Assembly: GCA_964460165.1 (NCBI GenBank)
Contig: CAYWPS010000003.1
Coordinates: 1-63,060 of the forward strand
Source of the DNA: an uncultured Ruminococcus sp.
GTDB lineage: Bacteria > Bacillota > Clostridia > Oscillospirales > CAG-272
Reading direction: 5' to 3'
DNA length: 63,060 nucleotides
The position numbers were made by a program, and so were the translations under genes. Shown piece by piece: positions 17,896 to 27,451 of the stretch; position 1 is the first letter of the stretch, and the number at the start of each line of letters is the position of its first letter. Under the pieces are notes generated by a model. It ran no database searches. It worked only from the letters and a program-made list of their open reading frames with translations, and was not told the origin of the DNA.

Positions 17896-18372
17896 ATGAA
17901 TAAAAGAATAAATTACAAATCTCTTGTTATATGTATTCTGATACCGCTCGCCGTAGGCGGTCTGTCTGCGCTTTTCACTATGGGAAGCATGGGGGATTTT
18001 GCCGCTCTTGTACAGCCTCCGCTCTCGCCTCCCGGATGGCTTTTTCCTGTGACTTGGACTGTTCTTTACACGTTAATGGGTATAGCCTCATACATCGTGC
18101 TTGAAGCCGATGTGCCCGCAGACGTGAAGAAGCAGGCGTTCAAGATATATTTTCTCCAGCTCGGCTTCAACTTCTTCTGGTCGATAATATTCTTCTCATT
18201 TGGCGCTTATGAGATCGCTTTTGCGTGGCTTTGCGTCCTGCTTGCGCTTATAGTGGTGAACACCGCGCGCTTTTGGAGGATAGACAAATGGGCAGGTATT
18301 CTTATGCTCCCGTATATCGCTTGGGTAACGTTCGCGGGGTATCTTAATCTCGCCATAGCTTATCTTAACTGA
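17896..18372 (+). CDS. tspO: TspO/MBR-family tryptophan-rich sensory protein
   Basis: 158-aa ORF with five TM helices and the Trp-rich motifs PPGWLFPVTWTVLY and FFWS. Confidence 0.85.
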   Translation: MNKRINYKSLVICILIPLAVGGLSALFTMGSMGDFAALVQPPLSPPGWLFPVTWTVLYTLMGIASYIVLEADVPADVKKQAFKIYFLQLGFNFFWSIIFFSFGAYEIAFAWLCVLLALIVVNTARFWRIDKWAGILMLPYIAWVTFAGYLNLAIAYLN

Positions 18373-18374
18373 TC

Positions 18375-19337
18375 ATGAGAGTGGGAATTGCAGGATACGG
18401 AAATTTAGGGCGCTCGCTTGAGGGCTTGCTCTTGGATGCAAAGGAAGCTGAGCTCGTAGGTATATTCACGAGGAGGGGATGTGAGGACGTTCATAGCGCA
18501 GGTACTGCGGTATATCACGTTTCCGAGCTCGAGGTCAGGGATGATATCGATGTGCTTTTCCTTTGCTACGGCTCATCGTCGGATCTTCCGGTTATAGGAC
18601 CGCGTTATGCCGAAAGATTTAACACGGTAGACACCTTTGATAATCATAAAAGGATAGAATCGTATAAGGATAGCATGGACGAGGCGGCGAAAAGAGGCGG
18701 CAACGTATCGGTCGTATCTCTTGGCTGGGATCCCGGCTTTCTGTCGCTTATTCGTCTTTACTCCTGCTCCTTTCTTCCGCACGCGAGCGTGAACACGTTT
18801 TGGGGCAGGGGAGTCAGTCAGGGACATAGCGAGGCGCTGCGCCGCATCGACGGAGTAAAGCGGGCAATACAGTACACTGTGCCGCGCGAGGATGCTCTTA
18901 CGCTTGCCGGGCTCGTCTCTCACCCATTTCTGGACACCGAGCGTCATCGCCGCGTGTGCTACATAGTCGCTGAAAAAGGGAATGAGGACAGCATCGCCGA
19001 CGAGATTCTGTCTATGGAAAATTATTTTCTTGGATACGAGACGGAAATACATTTTATATCGGAGGATGAGCTTGAGCGATATCATACCTCGCTTTCTCAC
19101 AGAGGGCGTATCATTGCCCTCGGCTCAAGCGGCAGGTACAGAGAGACGAAGCACGCGCTTCACGTTGATCTTGACATAGGATCAAATCCGGATTTTACCG
19201 CTTCGATCATGCTTGCGGGAGCGCGGGCGGCGTACAGAATTAAAAAGGGCGGAGGGATAGGAGCGTACTCTCCGTTTGATATCCCACCGTCCCACTTTTT
19301 AAGATTTGATTGCAAAAATGCAAACAAATATTTATAA
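18375..19337 (+). CDS. ddh: meso-Diaminopimelate D-dehydrogenase
   Basis: 320-aa ORF. N-terminal Rossmann IAGYGNLGR, then GWDPG and GVSQGHSEA motifs typical of Ddh. Confidence 0.8.
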   Translation: MRVGIAGYGNLGRSLEGLLLDAKEAELVGIFTRRGCEDVHSAGTAVYHVSELEVRDDIDVLFLCYGSSSDLPVIGPRYAERFNTVDTFDNHKRIESYKDSMDEAAKRGGNVSVVSLGWDPGFLSLIRLYSCSFLPHASVNTFWGRGVSQGHSEALRRIDGVKRAIQYTVPREDALTLAGLVSHPFLDTERHRRVCYIVAEKGNEDSIADEILSMENYFLGYETEIHFISEDELERYHTSLSHRGRIIALGSSGRYRETKHALHVDLDIGSNPDFTASIMLAGARAAYRIKKGGGIGAYSPFDIPPSHFLRFDCKNANKYL

Positions 19338-21041
19338 TTCGCTGATATTTTTCAGCTCGTCGTTGATTTGTTTTAATCTCTCGGTATCGATCTTTATGAC
19401 CTGCCTGTCATAAGTGCAGAAGCCGTTGATCTCATCCTCCACGTCTGAGACCTGGGTGTAAACGAATGCGGATGCTCCGTATTTTACAAGCGCCTTCACC
19501 TCTGCGCCGTAGAGCTCGCACACGGCGTTTTCGTACTCGCTCTTTTCCTTGAGCACGCGGTATCCGTACGTGCTGTCTCCGTATGTGTGTCCCTCGACAC
19601 CGTGAGCATATCCTCCGAACTCGGAGATGACTAACGGACGTCCGTCAAGCTTTTTTGGCTTGAGAGCCCTGAAGTAGATATGTCTTGAGTCCACGTCGCT
19701 CTTGCGTCTTCTGAACCATCCCGACGTGGAATCTATTATCCTTGTTTGATCAAAGCTTTTCAGCTTGTCGTACATAGCGTCTGCGGTGAACTGTCCCCAT
19801 CCCTCGTTGAATATCGTGTAGTAGACTATCGAGGGAACGTTGTATAAGTGATCGGCTGTGCCGTACATAGTATTCTCAAATATTCTTCTTACCTCTGCGT
19901 CGGGGGAGAAGCGCCTGTCATCTAACCGTTGGAGGTATACGGTGGACACCGTGGGCAGCGCTGTGTCGCGGATGAAGTGATAGGTTCCGTTGTTGACCAT
20001 ATCCTGAAATACCGCGATGCCGAGCTTGTCGCAGAGATAGTAGAATATCATCGGCTCGATCTTTATATGCTTCCTGAGCATATTGAATCCGAGCGCCTTC
20101 GCGAGCCTTATATCATCCTCGTAGCCCTTTGCGGTTGCGGGCATAAAAATTCCGTCGGGATAATAGCCCTGGTCGAGCATGCCGTTAAACAGGTACGGCT
20201 TTCCGTTGAGACAGAGACGCCGGGTGCCTCCTACCTCTCTTACGTCGACCCATCTGACGGCAAAGTAGCTCTCAATAACGTCCTCGCCGCACTCGAGCCT
20301 GAAGTCGTAAAGATTCGGCGCTTCGGGTGTCCAGAGCTTCAGATCCTTCGGTTCAATGTCAAATATATTGCCGTCGAACTCAAATCTCTCGCCGCTATCG
20401 GTCAGGGTGATGCTTTTGTGACTGTCACCGCCCGTAACGGCTATTCTGACTCCCTTTTCATAGGGAGTTATTTTTATATCCTCGACGTAAAGCCTCGGGG
20501 TTGCCTCAAGCCACACGCTTTGCCAGATCCCGCTTACGGGAGTATACCACATTCCGCCCCTTTTGTACTTCTGCTTTCCATAGGGATACTTGTGGTCGAG
20601 TCCGTCCTTTGCAGTAACGAGCAGCTCGTTTTCTCCGTCCTTAACAACGTCGGTTATTTCGAACGAGAAGGGCAGATATCCCCCCGCGTTTTCGCCGAGC
20701 GTCCGACCGTTGAGAGTAACGGAGCAGGTCTGATCCACCGCGCCGAAGTGCAGGACTACTCGCTTTCCGGCAAATGATTCGGGCAGGGTGAAGAGTCTGC
20801 GATAGTGCATAACGTGGCAAGGGAGCACCGCGCGTTCAATTCCGGAAAGCGGGCTCTCGGGGCAGAACGGTACCAGTATTTTCCCGTTATATTCCGCGGG
20901 GGTATCCGACTCCGTGAGAACGAAGTCCCACTCTCCGTTGAGCGAAAGATATCCCGCTCTTTTGAACTGCGGAGTAGGATGATACGCATGAGGACAAGCC
21001 CTGTCCATTTTTTCTACGTAAGGGGTCGTAAGCTTTGCCAT
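19332..21041 (-). CDS. Glycoside hydrolase family 2 protein (beta-galactosidase/glucuronidase-like)
   Basis: 569-aa ORF. Sugar-binding N-domain (NGEWDF...), catalytic-region NMLRKHIK, and FNEGWGQF. Confidence 0.75.
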   Translation of the reverse strand: MAKLTTPYVEKMDRACPHAYHPTPQFKRAGYLSLNGEWDFVLTESDTPAEYNGKILVPFCPESPLSGIERAVLPCHVMHYRRLFTLPESFAGKRVVLHFGAVDQTCSVTLNGRTLGENAGGYLPFSFEITDVVKDGENELLVTAKDGLDHKYPYGKQKYKRGGMWYTPVSGIWQSVWLEATPRLYVEDIKITPYEKGVRIAVTGGDSHKSITLTDSGERFEFDGNIFDIEPKDLKLWTPEAPNLYDFRLECGEDVIESYFAVRWVDVREVGGTRRLCLNGKPYLFNGMLDQGYYPDGIFMPATAKGYEDDIRLAKALGFNMLRKHIKIEPMIFYYLCDKLGIAVFQDMVNNGTYHFIRDTALPTVSTVYLQRLDDRRFSPDAEVRRIFENTMYGTADHLYNVPSIVYYTIFNEGWGQFTADAMYDKLKSFDQTRIIDSTSGWFRRRKSDVDSRHIYFRALKPKKLDGRPLVISEFGGYAHGVEGHTYGDSTYGYRVLKEKSEYENAVCELYGAEVKALVKYGASAFVYTQVSDVEDEINGFCTYDRQVIKIDTERLKQINDELKNISEL

Positions 21042-21049
21042 TTTTTACC

Positions 21050-22117
21050 TCAAGCAAGTATAATATTCAGCAGCATCAGAGTGAACGAAAGGATGAGAAA
21101 CAGGATCGCTCCGGGGTTCACAACGCCGTTTTTCACTACCTCGCCGTCCGGCAGATATATCTCCTTATCGGTGTTTACTTTTATTTTCTTGTTCCGCCAC
21201 AAATGCACGAGCGCGAATATTCCGCCGACGATCATGCCGTATTGCAGATTAGTGTATATAAGGGTTACCGTTCCGCTGGAAAGAAGCGCGAGGATATTGA
21301 TCTGCTCGCCGAGCATAGCCAGCTCGTAGAGCTCGTAGAACTCGGTCATCGCTTTTTCGACGGGAAGAGCGACGATCGAACCCATGAAGTTGATGATCAT
21401 GTGTATATAAATGCCGTACTTTACGTCTCGGGTACGGGTATAAACGTATCCGAGCACAGCGCCGAGCAGAGCAGCGTAGAAGAATTGATAGAGGTTGGCG
21501 TGCAAAAGACCGAACGCAACCGACGAGAAGATGATAGCTATGTGGTCGCCGTAGATCGACAGACGGTCGATCAGGAGCTTTCTGCATATCAGCTCCTCGA
21601 CTATCGGACCGATCACTACCATCAGCAAGAAGATGAGCCACATGGGAGTTTCGGATACGATGGCTTCAATACTGTTCTCGGGTACGTTGCCGGTGAACGC
21701 GCCAAAGAGCTCGTTCAGGAAGGTTCCTATGATATTTCCGACGTACATCAGCGCCTCTCCGACGAGGAACAGAAGTATGAAATCCTTAAGGGAAAGCTTT
21801 GCTTTTTCCTGCTTTTGCGCCTTTTTGGTTCCTGTCAGGGTGAGGATGAAGATGGGGAAGGCGACCAGATACTGCACCGCGCAGCTGACTGTCACCTGCC
21901 ACAGCGTGCTTTCGGCGAATACCGTATATTGCTCCGGAGAGAGCAGAGCGGAGGCGGCGACGTATATTGCGGCGGAAGAAAACTGAGATACCGCAATATA
22001 TAGGAACAAAGCCAGAAAGACGCGCGAAAAGAGCTTTCTGACTCCTCGCTTTTTTTGCTCTCGCTCATATGGGGTCTCTATGACGACCCTGTTAAAATCG
22101 TAATTAGATCCGTTCAT
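21050..22117 (-). CDS. CPBP-family intramembrane glutamic endopeptidase (CAAX/Abi-like)
   Basis: 355-aa polytopic ORF with GPIVEELICRKLL (EExxxR) and FGLLH motifs. Confidence 0.8.
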   Translation of the reverse strand: MNGSNYDFNRVVIETPYEREQKKRGVRKLFSRVFLALFLYIAVSQFSSAAIYVAASALLSPEQYTVFAESTLWQVTVSCAVQYLVAFPIFILTLTGTKKAQKQEKAKLSLKDFILLFLVGEALMYVGNIIGTFLNELFGAFTGNVPENSIEAIVSETPMWLIFLLMVVIGPIVEELICRKLLIDRLSIYGDHIAIIFSSVAFGLLHANLYQFFYAALLGAVLGYVYTRTRDVKYGIYIHMIINFMGSIVALPVEKAMTEFYELYELAMLGEQINILALLSSGTVTLIYTNLQYGMIVGGIFALVHLWRNKKIKVNTDKEIYLPDGEVVKNGVVNPGAILFLILSFTLMLLNIILA

Positions 22118-22383
22118 TTTATCCTCTTAGATTGACATGATTGTAGTATTCTAATTCTACCATTATTTCACACAAAATGCAAGCCGAATGCTCAAAATTT
22201 AAATATCGTCCATAATTTTAGAGATAATACACGAAAATAAATTTATTTTTTGTTAAATATTTCGCTTCGTAAATTCTTCGCTTGCCTTGAAATGAAAGAG
22301 GTTTTGTGATAAAATAATAGCGTTGAATTATGATGGCGTAATATTTTTGCGTCACGTCGGAATACGAAAGGCGGTGTGAGAAA

Positions 22384-23871
22384 ATGTTTATTCGGGGCTT
22401 TGATAACGACAAATATTTGAAGCTGCAGTCAAAGGAGATCAAGGAGAGAATATCACTTTTCGGAGAAAAGCTCTATATCGAGTTTGGAGGCAAGCTTTTT
22501 GACGACTTCCATGCGTCAAGAGTTCTTCCGGGATTTGCCCCGGACAGTAAGATAAGAATGCTTATCGAGCTTAAGGACGAGGCGGAGGTCATCATTGCCA
22601 TAAACACCGCGGACATCGAAAAAAACAAGGTGCGCGGCGATCTCGGCATCACCTACGATCTCGACGTTCTGAGACTTATTGACGCCTTCCGCGGATACGG
22701 TCTTTTCGTCGGATCTGTCGTTATGACCCGCTTCACCGATACCCCGGCAGCGCAGTCCTTCAAGCTTAAGCTTGAAAACCTTGGTATAAAGGTGTACAAG
22801 CATTATGCTATCGACGGCTATCCGCACAACATACCTCACATAGTTTCGGACGAGGGCTTCGGCGTCAACGAGTACGTGCAGACCACGCGCCCGGTCGTTA
22901 TCGTCACCGCTCCCGGTCCCGGATCGGGCAAGATGGCTACATGCCTCAGTCAGATATATCACGAGAGCAAGAGGGGGATGAAGTCGGGCTACGCGAAGTT
23001 CGAGACCTTCCCAATATGGAATATACCGCTCAGCCATCCCGTTAACCTTGCCTACGAGGCTGCCACCGCCGACCTCGCAGACGTAAATATGATAGACCCG
23101 TTCCATCTTGAGGCATACGGCGTCACCGCCGTCAACTATAACCGCGACGTAGAGGTCTTCCCGGTTCTTCGCTCCATGCTCGAGCAGATACTGGGAGAGT
23201 GTCCCTATAAGTCTCCCACAGATATGGGAGTAAATATGGCGGGTAACTGTATCTTCGACAACGCGGCAGTGTCAGCCGCGGCAAAGCAGGAGATCATCCG
23301 ACGTTATTATAACGCTCTGTGCAGAATGAGAAAGGACGGCGGCGCGGAAACCGAGATCGAGAAGATCGAGCTTCTGATGCGTAAGCTTTCCTGCTCGCCT
23401 ACGTCTGACAGAGCCGTAGTAGGCGCCGCAGCCGCAAGGTCGGAGCAGACTGCGGGACCGGCAGTAGCCATAGAGCTGAACGACGGCAGGATAGTTACGG
23501 GTAAGACCACGCCGCTCCTTGGCGCATCCTCAGCCGCTTTGCTTAACGCGCTTAAGACGATCGCGGGCATCAATAAGGACGAGGATATAATCTCACCCGA
23601 CATTCTTGCGCCTATACAGGTGCTAAAGACGGCGCATCTCGGCAATCATAACCCGAGGCTTCATACTGACGAGGTGCTTATCGCGCTTGCTATTACGGCT
23701 GTTGAGTCCGAATCCGCGGCAAGGGCTATGAAGGCTATCCCGGAGCTTATGCACGCCGAGGTACATTCCACCGTCATTCTCTCAGAGGTTGACGCGTCTA
23801 CTTTCAGAAAGCTCGGTATGCAGCTTTCCTGCGAGCCCCAGTATCAGACCAAAAAGCTTTTCCACCGATAG
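22384..23871 (+). CDS. DUF1846 / UPF0371-family protein
   Basis: 495-aa ORF. N-terminus GFDNDKYLKLQSKEIKERI...LYIEFGGKLFDDFHASRVLPGF is characteristic of UPF0371. Confidence 0.8.
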   Translation: MFIRGFDNDKYLKLQSKEIKERISLFGEKLYIEFGGKLFDDFHASRVLPGFAPDSKIRMLIELKDEAEVIIAINTADIEKNKVRGDLGITYDLDVLRLIDAFRGYGLFVGSVVMTRFTDTPAAQSFKLKLENLGIKVYKHYAIDGYPHNIPHIVSDEGFGVNEYVQTTRPVVIVTAPGPGSGKMATCLSQIYHESKRGMKSGYAKFETFPIWNIPLSHPVNLAYEAATADLADVNMIDPFHLEAYGVTAVNYNRDVEVFPVLRSMLEQILGECPYKSPTDMGVNMAGNCIFDNAAVSAAAKQEIIRRYYNALCRMRKDGGAETEIEKIELLMRKLSCSPTSDRAVVGAAAARSEQTAGPAVAIELNDGRIVTGKTTPLLGASSAALLNALKTIAGINKDEDIISPDILAPIQVLKTAHLGNHNPRLHTDEVLIALAITAVESESAARAMKAIPELMHAEVHSTVILSEVDASTFRKLGMQLSCEPQYQTKKLFHR

Positions 23872-23874
23872 AAT

Positions 23875-24777
23875 ATGAGATACGGCAAGTGGTTAACTGA
23901 AAATACCGAGAGTCTCGTGGGTAAGACCGTCGCTATCTCCGGCTCTACCGGCGGACTCGGTAAGCATTTGTGCCGATACCTTCTTCACCTCGGCGCGCGC
24001 CTTGTATTGCTGGACAGAAGCCGTGAGCGCTCCCTCGCCAACAAGCTTGCGCTTGAGGCTGAGTTTCCGGGCGCCGACGTGTCAATGATACGTCTTGATC
24101 TTGTTGATATTCACTCCGTGCTCGCCGCGACCGAGGAGCTGAAGCGTCTGGAGCCGGATATCCTGGTGCACAACGCGGGCGCGTACAGTATACCGAGATG
24201 CGTCTCAAACAGCGGCTACGACAACGTCTTTACCATCAATTTCGCATCTCCGTATTATATGATACGCGAGCTTTTGCCCACTCTCCGTAAGAAGCGGGGC
24301 AGAGTCGTTGTAGTAGGCAGTATTGCGCACAATTACTCGAGGATAAACGAAAGCGATATTGATTTCGCGGGCGTTAAGCAGGCGTCCAAGGTTTACGGCA
24401 ACGCCAAGAGATACCTTATGTTCTCGCTCTACGAGCTCTTTGAGCGCGAGGAATACGCGACGCTGTCGGTTACTCATCCGGGCATAACCTTCACCAACAT
24501 AACGGCGCATTATCCAAGGATCATCTTCGCGGTGATAAAGCATCCTATGAAGGTCATCTTTATGAGTCCGGAGAAGGCGGCTCTCTCGATCGTGAGGGGG
24601 TTCTTTTCTCCTACCGAATACCACACTTGGTACGGTCCTCGCGTTTTCAATGTATGGGGACTTCCGTCGAAGAAAAAGCTTCGTACTTGCTCTGCCGCCG
24701 AGAGCTCACGCATCGCGGAAATATCCGAGCAGGTTTATCTTAGCTTAAAGACGAAGCTGGATTTTACTTCTGATTAA
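23875..24777 (+). CDS. SDR-family oxidoreductase
   Basis: GSTGGLGK (TGxxxGxG) and YGNAK (YxxxK) motifs. 300 aa. Confidence 0.8.
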   Translation: MRYGKWLTENTESLVGKTVAISGSTGGLGKHLCRYLLHLGARLVLLDRSRERSLANKLALEAEFPGADVSMIRLDLVDIHSVLAATEELKRLEPDILVHNAGAYSIPRCVSNSGYDNVFTINFASPYYMIRELLPTLRKKRGRVVVVGSIAHNYSRINESDIDFAGVKQASKVYGNAKRYLMFSLYELFEREEYATLSVTHPGITFTNITAHYPRIIFAVIKHPMKVIFMSPEKAALSIVRGFFSPTEYHTWYGPRVFNVWGLPSKKKLRTCSAAESSRIAEISEQVYLSLKTKLDFTSD

Positions 24778-24805
24778 TTCGAAAATGTAAAGAAAGGAGC
24801 GCAAA

Positions 24806-25690
24806 ATGAGGCTCTTGAAAAAAATATTGTTAATGCTGTTGATCGTATCGCTATCGCTTTTTGCGGTTGCTTGCGATAAGGACGGGGATGAGGACGATAC
24901 AGTAAAGACGGGTGGCGAAAAAACCTATACCGTTGAGGTCCTCACGCCCTTCGGCAGACCGCTCTCGGGGGTTACCGTCCTCGTACATAAGGACGGCGGC
25001 GAGGATTATAATGTATGCAAGACCGCAGTCACTAACAGCGAGGGAAAGGTCAGCTTAGAGCTTGATTCCTCGTTCGATTATTCGGTAGGCGTTATGGGGC
25101 ACTCAAAGATCTATTCATCAAAGGCGGGGGCGACGCGCGACGACAGATACGTTCTCGGCTCCGAGTCTATTACCATAACTCTCGGCATGAGCGATACCTA
25201 CGTTCCCGACACGTATAAGGCAGGGGATCCTATGGCTAACTTTACCGTTACCGATATAGACGGAGCGGAGTATCAGCTTTACGATATCCTTCAGGAAAAG
25301 AAGGTATTGATCCTTAACTTCTGGTTCAGAGGCTGCGATCCTTGCGCGAGTGAATTCCCGGCGCTTAATTCGGCATACAACAGCTATAAGGACGCAGTAG
25401 AGATTTTGGCACTCAACGATTACCCCTCGGAAACAGTCGGAATGGTAAGATCCTACGAGTCTTACAGAGGCTTTACGCTTGATATGCCCCTTTTCAAAAT
25501 CGAATACGGCTCTGCGGCGTCGCTTTCACGCTTCGGTTCCCGCTCCTATCCAACCACTGTTGTGATCGACCGTTACGGCGTGGTGTCGCTGGTTCATGTC
25601 GGAGCCGTGACCTCTGAGTCGATTTGGAGATCGTTATTTGATTACTACACCTCCGATTCCTACGACGGAACTCCTTATACCGATTTTTAA
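24806..25690 (+). CDS. Lipoprotein with a carboxypeptidase-regulatory-like Ig domain plus a TlpA/thioredoxin-like redoxin domain
   Basis: Lipobox LFAVAC. N-terminal beta-sandwich (TYTVEVLTPFGRPLSGVTVLVH...EGKVSLEL). Redoxin motif FWFRGCDPCASEFP (CxxC). Confidence 0.7.
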   Translation: MRLLKKILLMLLIVSLSLFAVACDKDGDEDDTVKTGGEKTYTVEVLTPFGRPLSGVTVLVHKDGGEDYNVCKTAVTNSEGKVSLELDSSFDYSVGVMGHSKIYSSKAGATRDDRYVLGSESITITLGMSDTYVPDTYKAGDPMANFTVTDIDGAEYQLYDILQEKKVLILNFWFRGCDPCASEFPALNSAYNSYKDAVEILALNDYPSETVGMVRSYESYRGFTLDMPLFKIEYGSAASLSRFGSRSYPTTVVIDRYGVVSLVHVGAVTSESIWRSLFDYYTSDSYDGTPYTDF

Positions 25691-25946
25691 ATGATTTTTA
25701 CCGGGAGTGTTTCATTAAGAATTCAGGTAAGATCAATGAAAAGCCGCGAAAACGCGGTGAGAAATACAGCTTTGGCGAATTCTTTATAAGAGCACACCGA
25801 GGGGCGAACGGATCCGAAGCGGAAACCGCCGCTTGAAGAGCGATAGGCGTACAAGGGTACGTCGGGCGAGAAAACGGCGATAGAATAAAAAAAGAGGAAA
25901 CCGCAGGCTTTCAACCTTGATCTCCTCAAATTTGCGCTTAACGTAA

Positions 25947-25991
25947 GGGGCAGTCTCATTTTTTTGCATTTGAGACTGCCCCTCGTTTTTT
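25947..25991 (+). terminator. Hairpin copy 1 of a dispersed repeat, with T-run
   Basis: GGGGCAGTCTCA-TTTTTTTGCATT-TGAGACTGCCCC followed by TCGTTTTTT. It has the same 12-nt loop as the hairpin at 29865-29900. Confidence 0.7.
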
Positions 25992-26073
25992 ATCGGTTAT
26001 GCCTGAATGCGACAGCACCTTCCGTTAAGCGAGCTGCTGCGTTTCACACAAGCGCGTGAGAAAAAATTTTGGG

Positions 26074-26102
26074 TTGACAAATTCGTCACCAGGGTGTATA
26101 AT
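26074..26102 (+). promoter_or_regulatory. Consensus sigma-A promoter for the acyltransferase/symporter genes
   Basis: TTGACA (26074-26079), 17-nt spacer, TATAAT (26097-26102). Leaves a ~125-nt 5' UTR. Confidence 0.75.
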
Positions 26103-26230
26103 TATTACGCGAGAGCGCCTGTAAATTATTAGTTGGTTTATAAACTAAGGTAGTTTTAAGGTTCGTGTGTTAACATTAAACGGTTGAGTCAGTCAGAATG
26201 TGTTTTATATACTAACTTCAGGAGACATCA

Positions 26231-27451
26231 ATGGCAGAAAAAAAGAAAGACAAAAAAAAGTGGATACGAAAGCGACATCTGGTGGTTCGCCATACTCTCG
26301 GTATCTTCTTCCGCGCGTACTCCCGTATCAGATACGGCGCCAGGATCAGACGCTTTAAGGAGGAGGGCAAGAGACCGTATCTCGTGCTCTTTAACCACCA
26401 GACCGCGTTTGACCAGTTCTTCGTTGCGCTGTCCTTTAAGCAGCATCTTTACTTTGTCGCTTCGGAGGATATCTTCTCCAAAGGTTTTTTATCAAGCGCG
26501 CTTCGCTATCTCGTAGCGCCGATTCCGATAAAAAAGCAGACCACCGACGTCCGCGCGATAATGAACTGCATGCGCGTGGCAAGGGAGGGCGGAAGCATAT
26601 CGCTCGCGCCCGAGGGTAACAGAACTTACAGCGGCAAAACCGAGTATATGAGCCCGACCATCGCGCCTTTGGCGAGAAAGCTCGGACTTCCTATAGTGCT
26701 CTATCATATCAAGGGCGGCTACGGCGTTCAGCCGAGATGGGCGGATAACGTCCGCCGCGGCAGAATGGATTGCTACGTTTCCCGCGTTATAGAGCCCGAG
26801 GAATATATGTCGCTTACCGACGATGAGTTATACGCGCTTATCAGGGACGGACTCTACGTCAACGAGGCAACCCCTGACGGTCCGTTTTTGCATAAAAAGA
26901 GCGCGGAGCATCTTGAGCGCGTTCTGTACGTTTGTCCGCATTGCGGCTTCTCGACCTTCGAGAGCTGTAACGACGTGGTGGAGTGCGCCAAATGTAAAAT
27001 GCAGGCTCGCTACCTTCCTACTAAAGAGCTTGAGGGTATAGGCTACGATTTCCCGTATCGCTTCGTTAACGAGTGGTACGAGGCGCAGTGCGACTTCGTC
27101 AACTCTACCGACGTTACAGCCCTTACCGATAAGCCGGTGTGGGAGGATACAGCCTCCTTCTTTGAGGTTATTCCTTACAAGAAGAAAAGGCATATAGCCG
27201 ATGGGTGCAGGGTAGAGCTCTACGGAGATAGGATAACAGTCAAGGGCGAGGGCGTCGATGAGGTCTTCGGCTTTGGCGATTGTTCCGCGGTGACCGTCCT
27301 TGGCAGAAATAAGGTTGATATTTACTATGGCGATAAAATATATCAGTTAAAGGGGGAGAAGAGCATGAACGGCCTCAAGTTCGTCCACTTCTTCAACCGT
27401 CATAGAAATATAAAAAAAGGAGATACAAATGGAAAATTTTTGGGACTCTAG
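26231..27451 (+). CDS. Lysophospholipid (PlsC-type) acyltransferase-family protein with a C-terminal zinc-ribbon region
   Basis: HX4D motif (FNHQTAFDQF) and PEGNR motif. CPHCG...CAKCK ribbon. AGGAGA RBS. Confidence 0.7.
   Translation: MAEKKKDKKKWIRKRHLVVRHTLGIFFRAYSRIRYGARIRRFKEEGKRPYLVLFNHQTAFDQFFVALSFKQHLYFVASEDIFSKGFLSSALRYLVAPIPIKKQTTDVRAIMNCMRVAREGGSISLAPEGNRTYSGKTEYMSPTIAPLARKLGLPIVLYHIKGGYGVQPRWADNVRRGRMDCYVSRVIEPEEYMSLTDDELYALIRDGLYVNEATPDGPFLHKKSAEHLERVLYVCPHCGFSTFESCNDVVECAKCKMQARYLPTKELEGIGYDFPYRFVNEWYEAQCDFVNSTDVTALTDKPVWEDTASFFEVIPYKKKRHIADGCRVELYGDRITVKGEGVDEVFGFGDCSAVTVLGRNKVDIYYGDKIYQLKGEKSMNGLKFVHFFNRHRNIKKGDTNGKFLGL

Noticed and set aside
19929-22003. Other long antisense ORFs: 19929..20777, 21035..22003, 27393..28088, 29990..31030, 49158..50126, 53073..53846, 61166..62038 and 534..1451.
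   Set aside because: All those I checked are codon-aligned shadows of well-supported genes on the other strand. The exception is the 3' part of 534..1451, which is out of register with the 1055..1804 gene. They have low-complexity Arg/Leu/Ser/Gly-rich translations and no RBS, so there is no evidence for coding.
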